64,000 bases of DNA from Trueperaceae bacterium. GTDB lineage: Bacteria > Deinococcota > Deinococci > Deinococcales > Trueperaceae. A model generated the notes under the pieces. It was not told where the DNA came from. It made no database searches and worked only from the letters and a program-made list of their open reading frames with translations. Below, piece after piece: positions 10,619-20,486 of the stretch. The stretch is from assembly GCA_034520945.1 (NCBI GenBank), contig JAXHNB010000002.1, positions 352,001 to 416,000 of the forward strand, written 5' to 3'. The position numbers and the translations under genes were made by a program. Within the stretch, counting starts at the first letter, position 1. Each line of letters opens with the position of its first letter.

Positions 10619-11979
10619 GCCTCGACCTCGTCCCAGTTCTGCGCCGCCGCGAAGCGGCGCAGGGCCGCCCGGGCCTCCTCGGGCGTGGTGACGTCGCCGA
10701 CCGCCTGCGCCTCGTGAAGGAAGGCCAACGCCTCCCCCACGCGCGGGCCCGGCGCCAAGCCCAGGCACGCCATCACGTCCTCGCCGCGCAGCAACGGCTC
10801 GGGCGGGGGCGCCTCCTCCAGGATGGCCACGATCCGCGCCAGCGCCAGGCGGTAGGCGCGGCGGGTGCCCTCGCTGGACAGACGTCCCCGGGCGGCCTCC
10901 CGGTCGGCGATCATCAGCTTCATCAGGTCGGGCAGGAGCTCGCGGCGGCGATGCACGAACCGTCGTGCCTCGACGTCGTTGCGCGGCAGGGGCAGCATGT
11001 GGCGGTGGACCAGCGCCGCGGCGCGCTGCACGGTCGCGCCGTCGAACCGCAGGCGCGTCAGGGCCCGGCGGGCGATGGCGGCGCCCTCGCCTGCGTGCCC
11101 GTAGAAGCGTAGCCGCCCGTCCGGCCCGCGGTCGCGGCAGGCCGGCTTGCCGACGTCGTGCAGCACCGTGCCGAGCCGCAACGCCCGATCTGCCTCCGGA
11201 AACGCCGTGACCAGTCGCTGCAGCGCTTCGAGCTGGTGCCGGAGCACGTCCAGGTGATGGAAGCCCCCCTGTGCCACGCCGTCGCCCGTGATCAGTTCGG
11301 GGAGCAGCAGGGCCAGCCACCCCAGCGCGTGCGCCTCGGCCAGCGCGTCGCCCGCCCGGACCGACGCCAGGATCAGCGCGAGCTCGTCGCGCCGCCGCTC
11401 GGCCGCGGGCAGCGGCAACGCACCTTCGGCCAGCTCGGCCGCCACGGACGCGGCGCTACGGCGTGTGGCCGAGTCCCAGGACAGGGCGTGCGTGGCGGCC
11501 AACCGGACCCCCCGAAGGCCGCGCAACGGGTCGGCCCGCAGGGCCCGTGGCGAGGTCGCCCGCAAGGTCCGGCGCGCCAGATCGCGGCGGCCGTCCAGCG
11601 GGTCGACCGGCCCGTCGTCCCGGAGGGCCATGGCGTTCATGGTGAAGTCCCGCTGCCGGAGGTCCGCCTCGAGCGTGCCCTGCGGCGCGACGACGTCGAG
11701 GGTGCGCGCGCCCGCGTGCACGCGCCAGTGCCCGCGCGTCGCGTCCAGGGCGAAGGCGTGCCCACCGGTGCGGGCGGCCAGCTCGCGCGCGGCGCGGCGC
11801 GGATCCGGCACGATCCAGTCGGTGTCGAGGGGCGACAGGCCCAGCAAGGCGTCACGCAGGGCCCCGCCGACCAGCACGCCCCCGTCCGGTCGGGGCCCGA
11901 ACGCCTCCAACCGTGGCCACGGCGCCAGGCGCGCCGGCGCTCGGGCGCGGCGCAGCAGCGCGGTCAGCCAACCCGTCAC
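10615..11979 (-). CDS. tRNA nucleotidyltransferase with HD domain (probably CC-adding)
   Basis: GGALRD, DTD, DLRQRDFTMNAMA, DPLRGLR, LHDVGKP; start uncertain. Confidence 0.85.
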   Translation of the reverse strand: MTGWLTALLRRARAPARLAPWPRLEAFGPRPDGGVLVGGALRDALLGLSPLDTDWIVPDPRRAARELAARTGGHAFALDATRGHWRVHAGARTLDVVAPQGTLEADLRQRDFTMNAMALRDDGPVDPLDGRRDLARRTLRATSPRALRADPLRGLRGVRLAATHALSWDSATRRSAASVAAELAEGALPLPAAERRRDELALILASVRAGDALAEAHALGWLALLLPELITGDGVAQGGFHHLDVLRHQLEALQRLVTAFPEADRALRLGTVLHDVGKPACRDRGPDGRLRFYGHAGEGAAIARRALTRLRFDGATVQRAAALVHRHMLPLPRNDVEARRFVHRRRELLPDLMKLMIADREAARGRLSSEGTRRAYRLALARIVAILEEAPPPEPLLRGEDVMACLGLAPGPRVGEALAFLHEAQAVGDVTTPEEARAALRRFAAAQNWDEVEA

Positions 11980-12093
11980 GCGGGGAGGGGCTCGTGCCGG
12001 GGAACGGGATCGGACATCGGGCCCCCAGCCTACGTCAGGCGCCCAGGTCCGCGCGTGCCGCGCGCAGCGCGGGCGGGCGTGGTGGAATGGCGC

Positions 12094-12726
12094 ATGACGG
12101 CCGAGATCGGACTGACGGGCAACGTCGGCGCGGGCAAGTCGACCGTGGCGCGGCTGCTGGCGGAGCGTGGCGCGGTCATCATCGATGCCGACGCGTTGGC
12201 GCGCCAGGCGACCGCGGAGCCGGACACCGTGGCGCGGATCGCGGAGGCGTTCGGCGACCCGGTGGCGCCGGAAGGCGTCCTGGACCGCGAGGCGCTGGCT
12301 CGCCGGGTGTTCGACGATGCCGACGCGCGGGCCCGCCTGGAGGCGATCGTGCACCCTCGCGTGGCGGCCCTCCGCCGGGAGGCGGCGGAGGTGGCCCGGC
12401 GGCGCACGCCGGCACCGCCGCTGATCGTGCACGACGTGCCGTTGCTGTTCGAGGTGGGGCTCGACGCCGCGTTCGACGCCGTCGTGGTGGTGGACGCGCC
12501 GCTGGAGGTACGCGCCGCGCGGGCCGCACGCCGTTCGGGCTGGGACGCGGGCGAGGTGCGCCGGCGCGACGCGGCGCAGATGCCTGCCGAGGAGAAGCGT
12601 GCGCGCGCCGACGTGGTGCTGGACAACGCGGGGGACGAGGCGTCGTTGGCGGCGCAGATCGACGGCGCCTGGCCACGTTTGGTGCAGGCGGACCGCCGCG
12701 CGGGCCGCGCGCCGGACGCGCCGTAG
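12094..12726 (+). CDS. coaE: Dephospho-CoA kinase
   Basis: GLTGNVGAGKST, IDAD, IVHP, DVPLLFE. Confidence 0.95.
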   Translation: MTAEIGLTGNVGAGKSTVARLLAERGAVIIDADALARQATAEPDTVARIAEAFGDPVAPEGVLDREALARRVFDDADARARLEAIVHPRVAALRREAAEVARRRTPAPPLIVHDVPLLFEVGLDAAFDAVVVVDAPLEVRAARAARRSGWDAGEVRRRDAAQMPAEEKRARADVVLDNAGDEASLAAQIDGAWPRLVQADRRAGRAPDAP

Positions 12727-12818
12727 CAGGCGAAGGGCGCGCCGCGAACGGCGCGCCCATCAGGTCGTCCTTGCGGGGCGCGCCGTCGTCGCGGGGCGCC
12801 CCGTGGCTCAGCGGCGGC

Positions 12819-14591
12819 TCACCAGTCGATCTCGGTGCTGCCTTGGCTCCGCAGCGCGCCGTCTTCGACGGTGGTGTAGCTCACGCTGGCGCCCAAGCGC
12901 TCGGCGACGAACTCTGCGTACGCCTCGATGGCGGTGCCGGCCTCGTCCACGGACTGGAAGTCGAGGTTGGCGCCCCCGGCCATGCCGGCCATCATCTGCA
13001 GTTGGCCCACCAGGCCGCCGACCGAACCGCGCAGGGCGCCCTGCGTGTCGGAGACGGACCAGCTGCGCACGCCCGAGGGCACCTGCGCATGCGCGTCGTT
13101 CAGGACGCTGGCCCCGCCGCCCTGGGCGTACGCCTCGAGCGCGGTGGCGGTCGCGTCGCTGGAGCCGGACAGCAGCACCCAACCGTCCACCACCGCGGCG
13201 TCGATCAGGAAGCCGTCCGAGATCTCGAGGCGCAGCACCTCGTGGCCGGCCACCTCGACCCGGGTGGGCGCGGCGCTGCCCTGCGCGTCCGGGGAGGTGA
13301 AGGCGCCGAGGTTCGGGCCGATCGCGCCCAGCAGCGTGGCCAGGCCTTCCTTGGCGGCCGCGTCGTCGCGGGAATCGATCAGCAGCACCTGCGAGCCCAG
13401 CAGCGCATTGGGGGTGACCCCCGGCTGCACAGCTTCGGGCGGCGAGGCCTGCACCTGCGCGATGCGCGTGCCGGCCCAGTCGAGCAGCACCGAGCGGGCG
13501 TCGATCTCGAACATGGCCAGCGCCTGGGTCGCAGTGGGCACGCCCTGCTCAGCGACCGAACCGAGCACGTCGTCCAGCCATGCCCACCACCCGTTCACGT
13601 CGAAGGTGCCTGCGCTGACCGCGATCGCGCCGGCGGGGGCGAAGGACAGCACCTCGGCGCCCGGCGCGTCGCTCTGCGTCAGCAGCCCGTGCAGCGACGC
13701 GTCGGGGCCCGAGGCGTCGGGACGTTGCAGTTCGGACGAGGCGATCCCGTCATCGGTGACTCGGATCACGCCGGTGGAGGGTCCTGCGGTCCGAATCGCG
13801 TCGCGAAACCGCGACAGCAGCGGGCCGAACTCGGTGGAGGCGGCGAACGGTTGGGCGGCGCCGAGCAACGGATCGGCGTCCATCATCCAGCGGACGGCGC
13901 CGTCGCCGAGCTCCTGCAGCGAGGCGTACAACGGCGCGTCGTCCATCGACGGCTCGTCCACGCCCGACTGCGCCCGCAGCACGAACCGGACGATCTCGAC
14001 GTCGGTGGAGGCGACCACCACGTCGTCGCTCTGCGCGTACGCCAGGGGGAGCGGCAGGTCGTCGTCGTCCGAGGGCATGCGGGTGTAGAAGCCGCGGCCC
14101 TCCTCTTCGAGGCGCGCCACGCCTGGGTCTTCGCCCATCGCGTCCGCCATCGCGGTCGCGAACGCGTCGGCCGTGTCGGGCGACACGCGGGCGATCATGG
14201 TGGCGGCGGGTATGGGACGTGACTGCGAGGCCGACACGACCAGCCAGGCCTCCTGGCCGAGCACGTCCATCGTCTCCAGTCCGCGGAGCGCTTCGGGGAC
14301 CGGGTTTTCCTCGACGTCCAGCTCGTCGGTGGCCTCCGCGGGGATGGCCGCGCCGAGAGTGTCGATCAGGCCCAGCCGTTCCGCTTCGTCCAGGAACGGC
14401 TGCACCCGCTCCGACTCGGAGGCGAGGTCGTGCAGGCCGATGGCCACCGCCGCGTCCTGCGGCAGAAGGCTGGGCAGGCTCTGGGCGGACGCCGTGGCGC
14501 CCCATGCGAACGCGAGGGCGGCCACGGCCGCGACGAGGCGAATGGGCCGCCGGAGCGGTGCGGATGGAGTGGCGAGACGGGTTGGTGTCAT
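12819..14591 (-). CDS. Large secreted hypothetical protein (possibly DUF3352-like)
   Basis: Signal peptide ending ASA-Q; acidic about 590-aa ORF with coding bias. Confidence 0.75.
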   Translation of the reverse strand: MTPTRLATPSAPLRRPIRLVAAVAALAFAWGATASAQSLPSLLPQDAAVAIGLHDLASESERVQPFLDEAERLGLIDTLGAAIPAEATDELDVEENPVPEALRGLETMDVLGQEAWLVVSASQSRPIPAATMIARVSPDTADAFATAMADAMGEDPGVARLEEEGRGFYTRMPSDDDDLPLPLAYAQSDDVVVASTDVEIVRFVLRAQSGVDEPSMDDAPLYASLQELGDGAVRWMMDADPLLGAAQPFAASTEFGPLLSRFRDAIRTAGPSTGVIRVTDDGIASSELQRPDASGPDASLHGLLTQSDAPGAEVLSFAPAGAIAVSAGTFDVNGWWAWLDDVLGSVAEQGVPTATQALAMFEIDARSVLLDWAGTRIAQVQASPPEAVQPGVTPNALLGSQVLLIDSRDDAAAKEGLATLLGAIGPNLGAFTSPDAQGSAAPTRVEVAGHEVLRLEISDGFLIDAAVVDGWVLLSGSSDATATALEAYAQGGGASVLNDAHAQVPSGVRSWSVSDTQGALRGSVGGLVGQLQMMAGMAGGANLDFQSVDEAGTAIEAYAEFVAERLGASVSYTTVEDGALRSQGSTEIDW

Positions 14592-14676
14592 GCCTTCCAC
14601 CTTACTTCATGCGCCCCGGTGCGCGAACCGTTCGCTGACCTGCCCGGCGGGCGGGGCGATGGGGGACCGAAAGGAC

Positions 14677-16672
14677 TCACAGTAGGGCCTTGGCGCGGCG
14701 CACGACCTCGTCGGGTGTGAAGCCGTACTCGGCCAGCACCCGGTCGCCGGGGGCGGAGTGGCCGTAGCGGTCGACGGAGATCACGTCCCCGGCGGGACCG
14801 ACCCACTCGTGCCAGCCCAGGCGGACGGCGGCCTCGACCGCCAGGCGGGCCGGCACGTCCGGCGCCAGCACCTCGCCTTTGTAGGCGTCGTCCTGCGCGC
14901 GGAAGCGTTCCCAGCTCGGCATCGACACCACGCGGGTGGGGATGCCGTCCTCCTCGAGCCGCTCGCGGGCCTCCAGGCAGATCGACACCTCCGAGCCGGT
15001 GGCGAGCAGCAGCAGCCGTGGCGTGCCGCCTGCCGCTTCGGCCTGCACGTAGGCGCCGCGCGCCACGGCGCCGCCGGGCACGCGCAGGTGCGGCACGCCC
15101 TGGCGGGTCAGGATCAGCGCGGTGGGGCCGTCGCGCCGCGCCAGCGCCCGTTGCCACGCCTGCGCCGTCTCGTTCGCGTCGGCGGGGCGGATCACGTCCA
15201 GGTTCGGAATCGCCCGCAGGGCGGCCAGGTGCGCTTCGGGCTGGTGGGTGGGACCGTCGCCGCCCAGGCCGATCGAATCGTGCGTGAACACGTACGTCAC
15301 CGGCCGTTCCATCAACGCTGCGAGGCGCAGGGCGGGCCGCAGGTAGTCGGAGAACACCAGGAAGGTCGCCACGAACGGCCGAACGCCGCCGTGAAGCGAC
15401 AGGCCGTTGGCGATCGCGGCCATGCCGTGTTCGCGCACGCCGAAGTGCACGATGCGTCCCGAGGCGTCGTCGCGGCTCAGCGAGCGCTCGCCGTCGAGGT
15501 CGGTGTGGTTGGAGCCGGCCAGGTCGGCCGACCCGCCGATCAACTCCGGCATGCGGGGCGCGAAGTGGTTCAGTACCGCGTGCGAGGCCTTGCGCGTCGC
15601 GATCGAGCCGCCGGGCTCGAAGGCGGGCAGCGGATCGTCGAACCCGCTGGGCAGCTCACCGGCCATGACGCGGACGAGCTGCGCCGCCTCGTCGGGATGG
15701 GCCTCGCGGTAGCGGGCCCACAGCGTCTCCCACGCCTCGCGCGCCTCGGCGCCCTTCGCCTGCACCTCGCGGCCGTCGGCAGCGACGTCGTCCGGCACCG
15801 TGAACGCCGGCCAGTCGATGTCGAGGGCCCGCTTGGTGGCGGCCACCTCCTCGTCGCCGAGGGCGGCGCCATGGATCTTGGGGGTGCCCGCCAGCTTGGG
15901 GCTGCCGTAGCCGATGGTGGTGCGCACCGCGATCATGCTGGGCCGCTCGTCCTCCGCGATGGCGGCCTCCATCGCCGCCTGCAGCGCGCCGTAGTCGTTC
16001 CCGTCGGAGACGCGCTGGACGTGCCAACCGTACGCCTCGTAGCGCTCCAGCACGTCCTCGCTGAAGGTGATGTCGGTGGGACCGTCGATGCTGATGTGGT
16101 TGTCGTCGTACAGGACCGTGAGCTTGCCGAGGCCGAGGTGGCCCGCCAGCGAGGAGGCCTCCGAGGCGACGCCCTCCATCATGTCGCCATCGGATGCGAT
16201 CACCCAGGTGCGGTGATCGAACAACGGCAGGCTCGGGCCGGTTGTAGCGCGCCGCCAGGTGCGCCTCGGCCAGCGCCATGCCCACGGCGTTGGCGAGGCC
16301 CTGCCCCAAGGGGCCGGTGGTGGTCTCGATGCCGGGCGCCAGGCCGACCTCCGGGTGGCCGGGGGTGCGGCTGCCCCATTGCCGGTAGCCTTTCAGGTCG
16401 TCCATGGACAGGTCGTAGCCGGTGAGGTGCAGAAGGGCGTACTGAAGCATCGAGCCGTGACCGGCGGACTGCACGTAGCGGTCCCGGTTCCACCAGTCGG
16501 GCCGCGCCGGGTCGTGCCGCATCATGTGCCGGTACAGCAGCCACCCCATGGGGGCGGACCCCATCGGCATGCCCGGATGCCCGTCGCCGGACGCCTGGAC
16601 GGCGTCGATGGCGAGGGCACGGATGACGTTGGCGGCGCGCTGGTCGAGGGCGCGGTCGTGAGCTGGGCTCAT
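14677..16672 (-). pseudogene. tkt: Transketolase split by a frameshift near 16231 (pseudogene or assembly error)
   Basis: N-half [19 protein letters not shown]-half [20 protein letters not shown] in another frame. Confidence 0.9.
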
Positions 16673-16838
16673 CAGGTGTTTCCTCCGTTCGAGGTGGGGC
16701 GCAGCCGCGCGGGTCGGTGTCGTGGAGATACGACGGGGTCGCTCCCGGACCGCCCGCCCAGCGGGCGTTCGTGACGGCGTTCACCATAGCAGGCGGGCCG
16801 GCGCGCGCGGCCCGGGGTTACCCCCGCGCGCTGAGGGT

Positions 16839-17318
16839 TCAGGCCTCCTGGCGGCGCGCCAGGATGGCGTCGCGCACCCGTTGCCCCGCCTCCCAGTGAC
16901 GCTGTTCCATCTCCGAGGACACGCGAAGGCGCGGCACGGGCGTGGGGCGCCCATCATCCCCGATCGCCACGAAGTTCAGGTGACCGACGGTGGTCAGCGA
17001 GCGGGCGCCGCTGGTGGGGTTCTCGGCGTACACCTCGCTGCGCACGATCATGCTGGTGGTGCCGGCCCACGCCACGCGGCTCCGCACCTCGAGGATGTCG
17101 CCGACCCGGACCGGATTGCGGAAGTCGACCGGCTCGGTGGAGGCGGTGACCGAAATGCGGCGGCAAAAGCGGTTGCAGGCGATGGAGGCGTTGATGTCCA
17201 TCAACTCCAGCGCCCGCCCCCCGAACAGGGTTCCCACGGGATTGGTGTGGTGCGGGAACACGGCGTCGACGGTCGTCACCCAGCGACTGGACCGTGTTCG
17301 CTTCGGATCGATGGCCAT
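16839..17318 (-). CDS. Acyl-CoA thioesterase (hotdog fold, YciA-like)
   Basis: HTNPVGTLFGG, VTAS, FVAIGDDGRP. Confidence 0.92.
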   Translation of the reverse strand: MAIDPKRTRSSRWVTTVDAVFPHHTNPVGTLFGGRALELMDINASIACNRFCRRISVTASTEPVDFRNPVRVGDILEVRSRVAWAGTTSMIVRSEVYAENPTSGARSLTTVGHLNFVAIGDDGRPTPVPRLRVSSEMEQRHWEAGQRVRDAILARRQEA

Positions 17319-17479
17319 GCTGTGAGTATAGTCGGGGCCTGCTATCCTTCTCCCATGGCCGCTCGGCCGGGCGGCGCCCAGGCGCAGGTCCGAACGGGCG
17401 GTGTTCCGAATCAGGTGTACGTCCGAACGGGGGCGAGTCCGAGCGGGGACGAGCCCGACGTGTGTTCCGGAGGTGTTTC

Positions 17480-18067
17480 ATGCTCGACGTACGTTCGTCC
17501 GCGCCGACCGGCCTGCTGGTCGATCGTCTGGTGCCCGTGCGCAGCCCGGCGTTGCGCATCGCCGTGCAGGTCGTGATCGGCGTGGCGTTCCTGGCGGCGC
17601 TGGCGCAGGTTCGCGTTCAGGTCGGGCCCGTGCCCATCACCGGGCAGACGCTGGGCGTGCTGCTGCTCGGGGCCGCCTACGGGGCCACCCTGGGCCTGGG
17701 CACGACGTTGGCCTACCTGCTGGCCGGCGCGGCGGGTCTGGCCGTGTTCAGTGGCGGCGGCGCCGGGCTGTCCACGCTGCTGGGCCCGACCGGAGGCTAC
17801 CTGTTGGGCTTTCCCCTGGCGGCGCTGCTGGTCGGAGCGCTGGCGGCGCGCGGCTGGGACCGGTGGATCGGTTCGGCCGCCCTGGCCATGGTGGCCGGCA
17901 ATGTCGTCATCTACACGTTCGGGCTGGCGTGGCTGTCGCGCTTCGCGCCCGACCTGCCCACCACGCTGGCGTGGGGCCTGTGGCCGTTCCTGGCGGGGGA
18001 CGCCGTCAAGATCGTGGCGGCGGCGGGGATGCTTCCGCTGGCGTGGCGCCTGCTGGGGCGTCGCTGA
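17480..18067 (+). CDS. bioY: Biotin transporter BioY
   Basis: PVPITGQT, GPTGGYLLGF, PFLAGD; GGAGG RBS. Confidence 0.95.
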   Translation: MLDVRSSAPTGLLVDRLVPVRSPALRIAVQVVIGVAFLAALAQVRVQVGPVPITGQTLGVLLLGAAYGATLGLGTTLAYLLAGAAGLAVFSGGGAGLSTLLGPTGGYLLGFPLAALLVGALAARGWDRWIGSAALAMVAGNVVIYTFGLAWLSRFAPDLPTTLAWGLWPFLAGDAVKIVAAAGMLPLAWRLLGRR

Positions 18068-18104
18068 GCAGCCGGAGGGTCGCGCACGTCTTCTTCGGCA
18101 CCAC

Positions 18105-18272
18105 GAGAACACCCCCGGACGCTCGGGTCCGGGGGTGCGGTGCTCCGCCATGGATTGAGGGGCCGCGTGGGCGCCCCATTCCAGGAGGCGGGTCCTAGGC
18201 TACCCTCGGCGGGCACCTCCACTGGTCGTGCGATGCGATTCGCGTATTTGGACCACCTCCTTTCCGTGGTGA
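18105..18272 (-). ncRNA. Candidate intergenic sRNA (about 165 nt) with an extended anti-16S motif
   Basis: TTGCCG-N18-TAGGGT promoter, GAAAGGAGGTGGTCCA, second GGAGGTG, long hairpin and terminator. Confidence 0.5.
18110..18137. terminator. 11-bp hairpin, possibly a bidirectional terminator
   Basis: CACCCCCGGAC-GCTCGG-GTCCGGGGGTG; TTCTC tail on the minus strand. Confidence 0.7.
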
Positions 18273-18372
18273 TGTGACCCTAGCGCACCCGCCCTGGCGG
18301 CGGCAAGGGCCGGGGCCACCTGCCCGGCACGGGCGGCGACGCCCGCCGATATGCTGTGGGTGGAGGTTCGAC

Positions 18373-20439
18373 GTGCTCACCGTGTCCGAGAAGCTGGTGT
18401 TTCTGGTTCTGGCGTCGTTCTCGTTGGCGTTCGCGTACGGCGGGTTCGAACGCGTGGTGCGGGCCACCGCCCGTGGAGCGAGGGGCGGAAGCGACCGCAC
18501 GCGGGGGATGGCGTCGCGCGTGGGGGCGGCGTTGGTGCGTACCCTGTCGCAGGTCACGGTGTTCCGCGATCGGCCGTGGGTGTCCACGTTCCACGCCGCG
18601 GTGTTCTACGGCTTCGTGTTCTACCTGGCGGTGAACCTCGCCGACGTGGCCAAGGGGTTGGCACCCCACGCCTACACGGCGTGGCTGGGGTCGACGTGGG
18701 CCGGGCCCTACCGGCTGGCAGCCGATGTGTTCACGGTGGCGATCCTGTTCGGCATGGCCTCTCTGTTGGTGCGACGGTTCGTGCTGCGCGATCCGGCGTT
18801 GGCGCCGCAGGCGGCGCTGCACCCGCGCGCCGCGGCGGGCGGCATCCGACGCGATTCGCTGATCGTGGGGACGTTCATCACGTTGCACGTCGGCTTCCGC
18901 TTGCTGGGGGAGGGGTTCTTGCTGGCCGCGGAAGGGGGGACCGACGCCTGGCAGCCGTTCGCCAGCCTGATCGCCGCCGGCGTGGGCGCGGACGAGTCGC
19001 GGCGAATCGGGTGGCACGTCGGTTGGTGGGGTGCGATCGGGCTGGTGTTGGCGTTCCTTCCGTACTTTCCGCGCAGCAAGCATCTGCACCTGCTGGCGGC
19101 GCCCGTCAACTTCGCGCTGGAGCGGCGGCGCTCGGATGGGACGCGGATGCCCTCCGGCGCGCTGGAGCCCTTGGACCTGGAGGACGAATCGGCCGAGACG
19201 TTCGGGGCCGAACGCCTCGAGGACCTGCCCTACGCGCAGATCCTGGACGCCTACGCCTGCATCCAGTGCCACCGCTGCACCGACGCCTGCCCCGCGTACG
19301 CGACCGGCAAAGCGCTGTCCCCCTCGGCGCTGGAGATCAACAAGCGCTATGAACTCACCCTGGTCGCGGACCGGTTGGCGGCCGGCGAAGCGACCCCCCG
19401 GCCGTTGCTGGGGTTCGCGCAGGACGAGGAGCAGATCTGGGCGTGCACCACCTGCGGCGCCTGCATCGACGCCTGTCCGGTGGGCAACGAGCCGATGTTG
19501 GACATCGTCGACATGCGCCGCGAGCGCGTCCTGATGGCCGGGGCGTTTCCCGCCGAGCTGCAGCAGGCGTTCCGCGGGATCGAGCGCACGGGAAACCCCT
19601 GGGGGCTCGGCCAGGATGCCCGCCTGGATTGGGCCGAAGGCATGAACGTTCCCACCGTCTGGGAGGCGCCCGACTTCGAGGTGCTGTTCTGGGTGGGGTG
19701 CGCGGGGGCGTACGATCCGGTGGCGCAGGAGACGACGCGCGCCATGGCGCGGATCCTGGATCACGCGGGCGTCCGCTACGCGGTGTTGGGCAAGAACGAG
19801 ACCTGCACCGGCGACCCTGCGCGGCGCGCGGGCAACGAGTACCTGTACTACCAGCTCGCCACCGAGAACGTGGCCGTGCTGAACGACGCCCTGGCCGACA
19901 CGGTGCTGGACCCGGCACGGGCCAAGCGCGTGCTGACGACCTGTCCGCACTGCTACAACGCGCTGTTGAACGACTACCCGCAGCTCGGCGGCGACTACCA
20001 GGTGGTGCACCACACCGAGGTCCTGGACGAGTTGGTGCAGGCCGAACGCCTGCCCCCCCTCGACCTCGGCCAGGGGACCACCTACCACGACCCGTGCTAC
20101 CTGGGCCGACACAACGGCGTGTACGACGCACCGCGGCGCGTGTTGGGCGGCGAGGGCGACCCCCCGCGCGAGATGCCACGCACCCGCGAGAAGAGCATGT
20201 GCTGCGGCGCCGGCGGCGCGCAGTTCTGGAAAGAGGAGTCGCCCGGCCGCGAGAAGGTCGCCGACGCCCGCATGGCCGAAGCGCGCGCGACCGGGGCGGA
20301 GGTGGTGGCATCGGCGTGCCCGTTCTGCAAGTCGATGCTGGGCAGCGCGGCGGGAGAGGAGGACGGCCCCGAGGTGCTCGACGTGGCGCAGCTCTACGAC
20401 CGGCGCCTGCGCTCCCTCCAGGATCGGTTGTCTCCGTGA
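18373..20439 (+). CDS. Membrane Fe-S oxidoreductase (FadF/HdrD/GlpC-like)
   Basis: TM N-terminus, two CxxCxxCxxxCP motifs, CCG domains (TTCPHC, YHDPC, CCGAGG). Confidence 0.92.
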   Translation: MLTVSEKLVFLVLASFSLAFAYGGFERVVRATARGARGGSDRTRGMASRVGAALVRTLSQVTVFRDRPWVSTFHAAVFYGFVFYLAVNLADVAKGLAPHAYTAWLGSTWAGPYRLAADVFTVAILFGMASLLVRRFVLRDPALAPQAALHPRAAAGGIRRDSLIVGTFITLHVGFRLLGEGFLLAAEGGTDAWQPFASLIAAGVGADESRRIGWHVGWWGAIGLVLAFLPYFPRSKHLHLLAAPVNFALERRRSDGTRMPSGALEPLDLEDESAETFGAERLEDLPYAQILDAYACIQCHRCTDACPAYATGKALSPSALEINKRYELTLVADRLAAGEATPRPLLGFAQDEEQIWACTTCGACIDACPVGNEPMLDIVDMRRERVLMAGAFPAELQQAFRGIERTGNPWGLGQDARLDWAEGMNVPTVWEAPDFEVLFWVGCAGAYDPVAQETTRAMARILDHAGVRYAVLGKNETCTGDPARRAGNEYLYYQLATENVAVLNDALADTVLDPARAKRVLTTCPHCYNALLNDYPQLGGDYQVVHHTEVLDELVQAERLPPLDLGQGTTYHDPCYLGRHNGVYDAPRRVLGGEGDPPREMPRTREKSMCCGAGGAQFWKEESPGREKVADARMAEARATGAEVVASACPFCKSMLGSAAGEEDGPEVLDVAQLYDRRLRSLQDRLSP

Positions 20440-20486
20440 CGCCGGGCCGACCGTGAGGACCGGGCGGGCCCGGTAGCGTGGCGGGC

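Noticed and set aside
18249..18264. Plus-strand match to the 16S 3' end as an rRNA gene fragment
   Set aside because: Only 16 nt with no flanking 16S sequence; promoter and terminator orientation favour a minus-strand RNA
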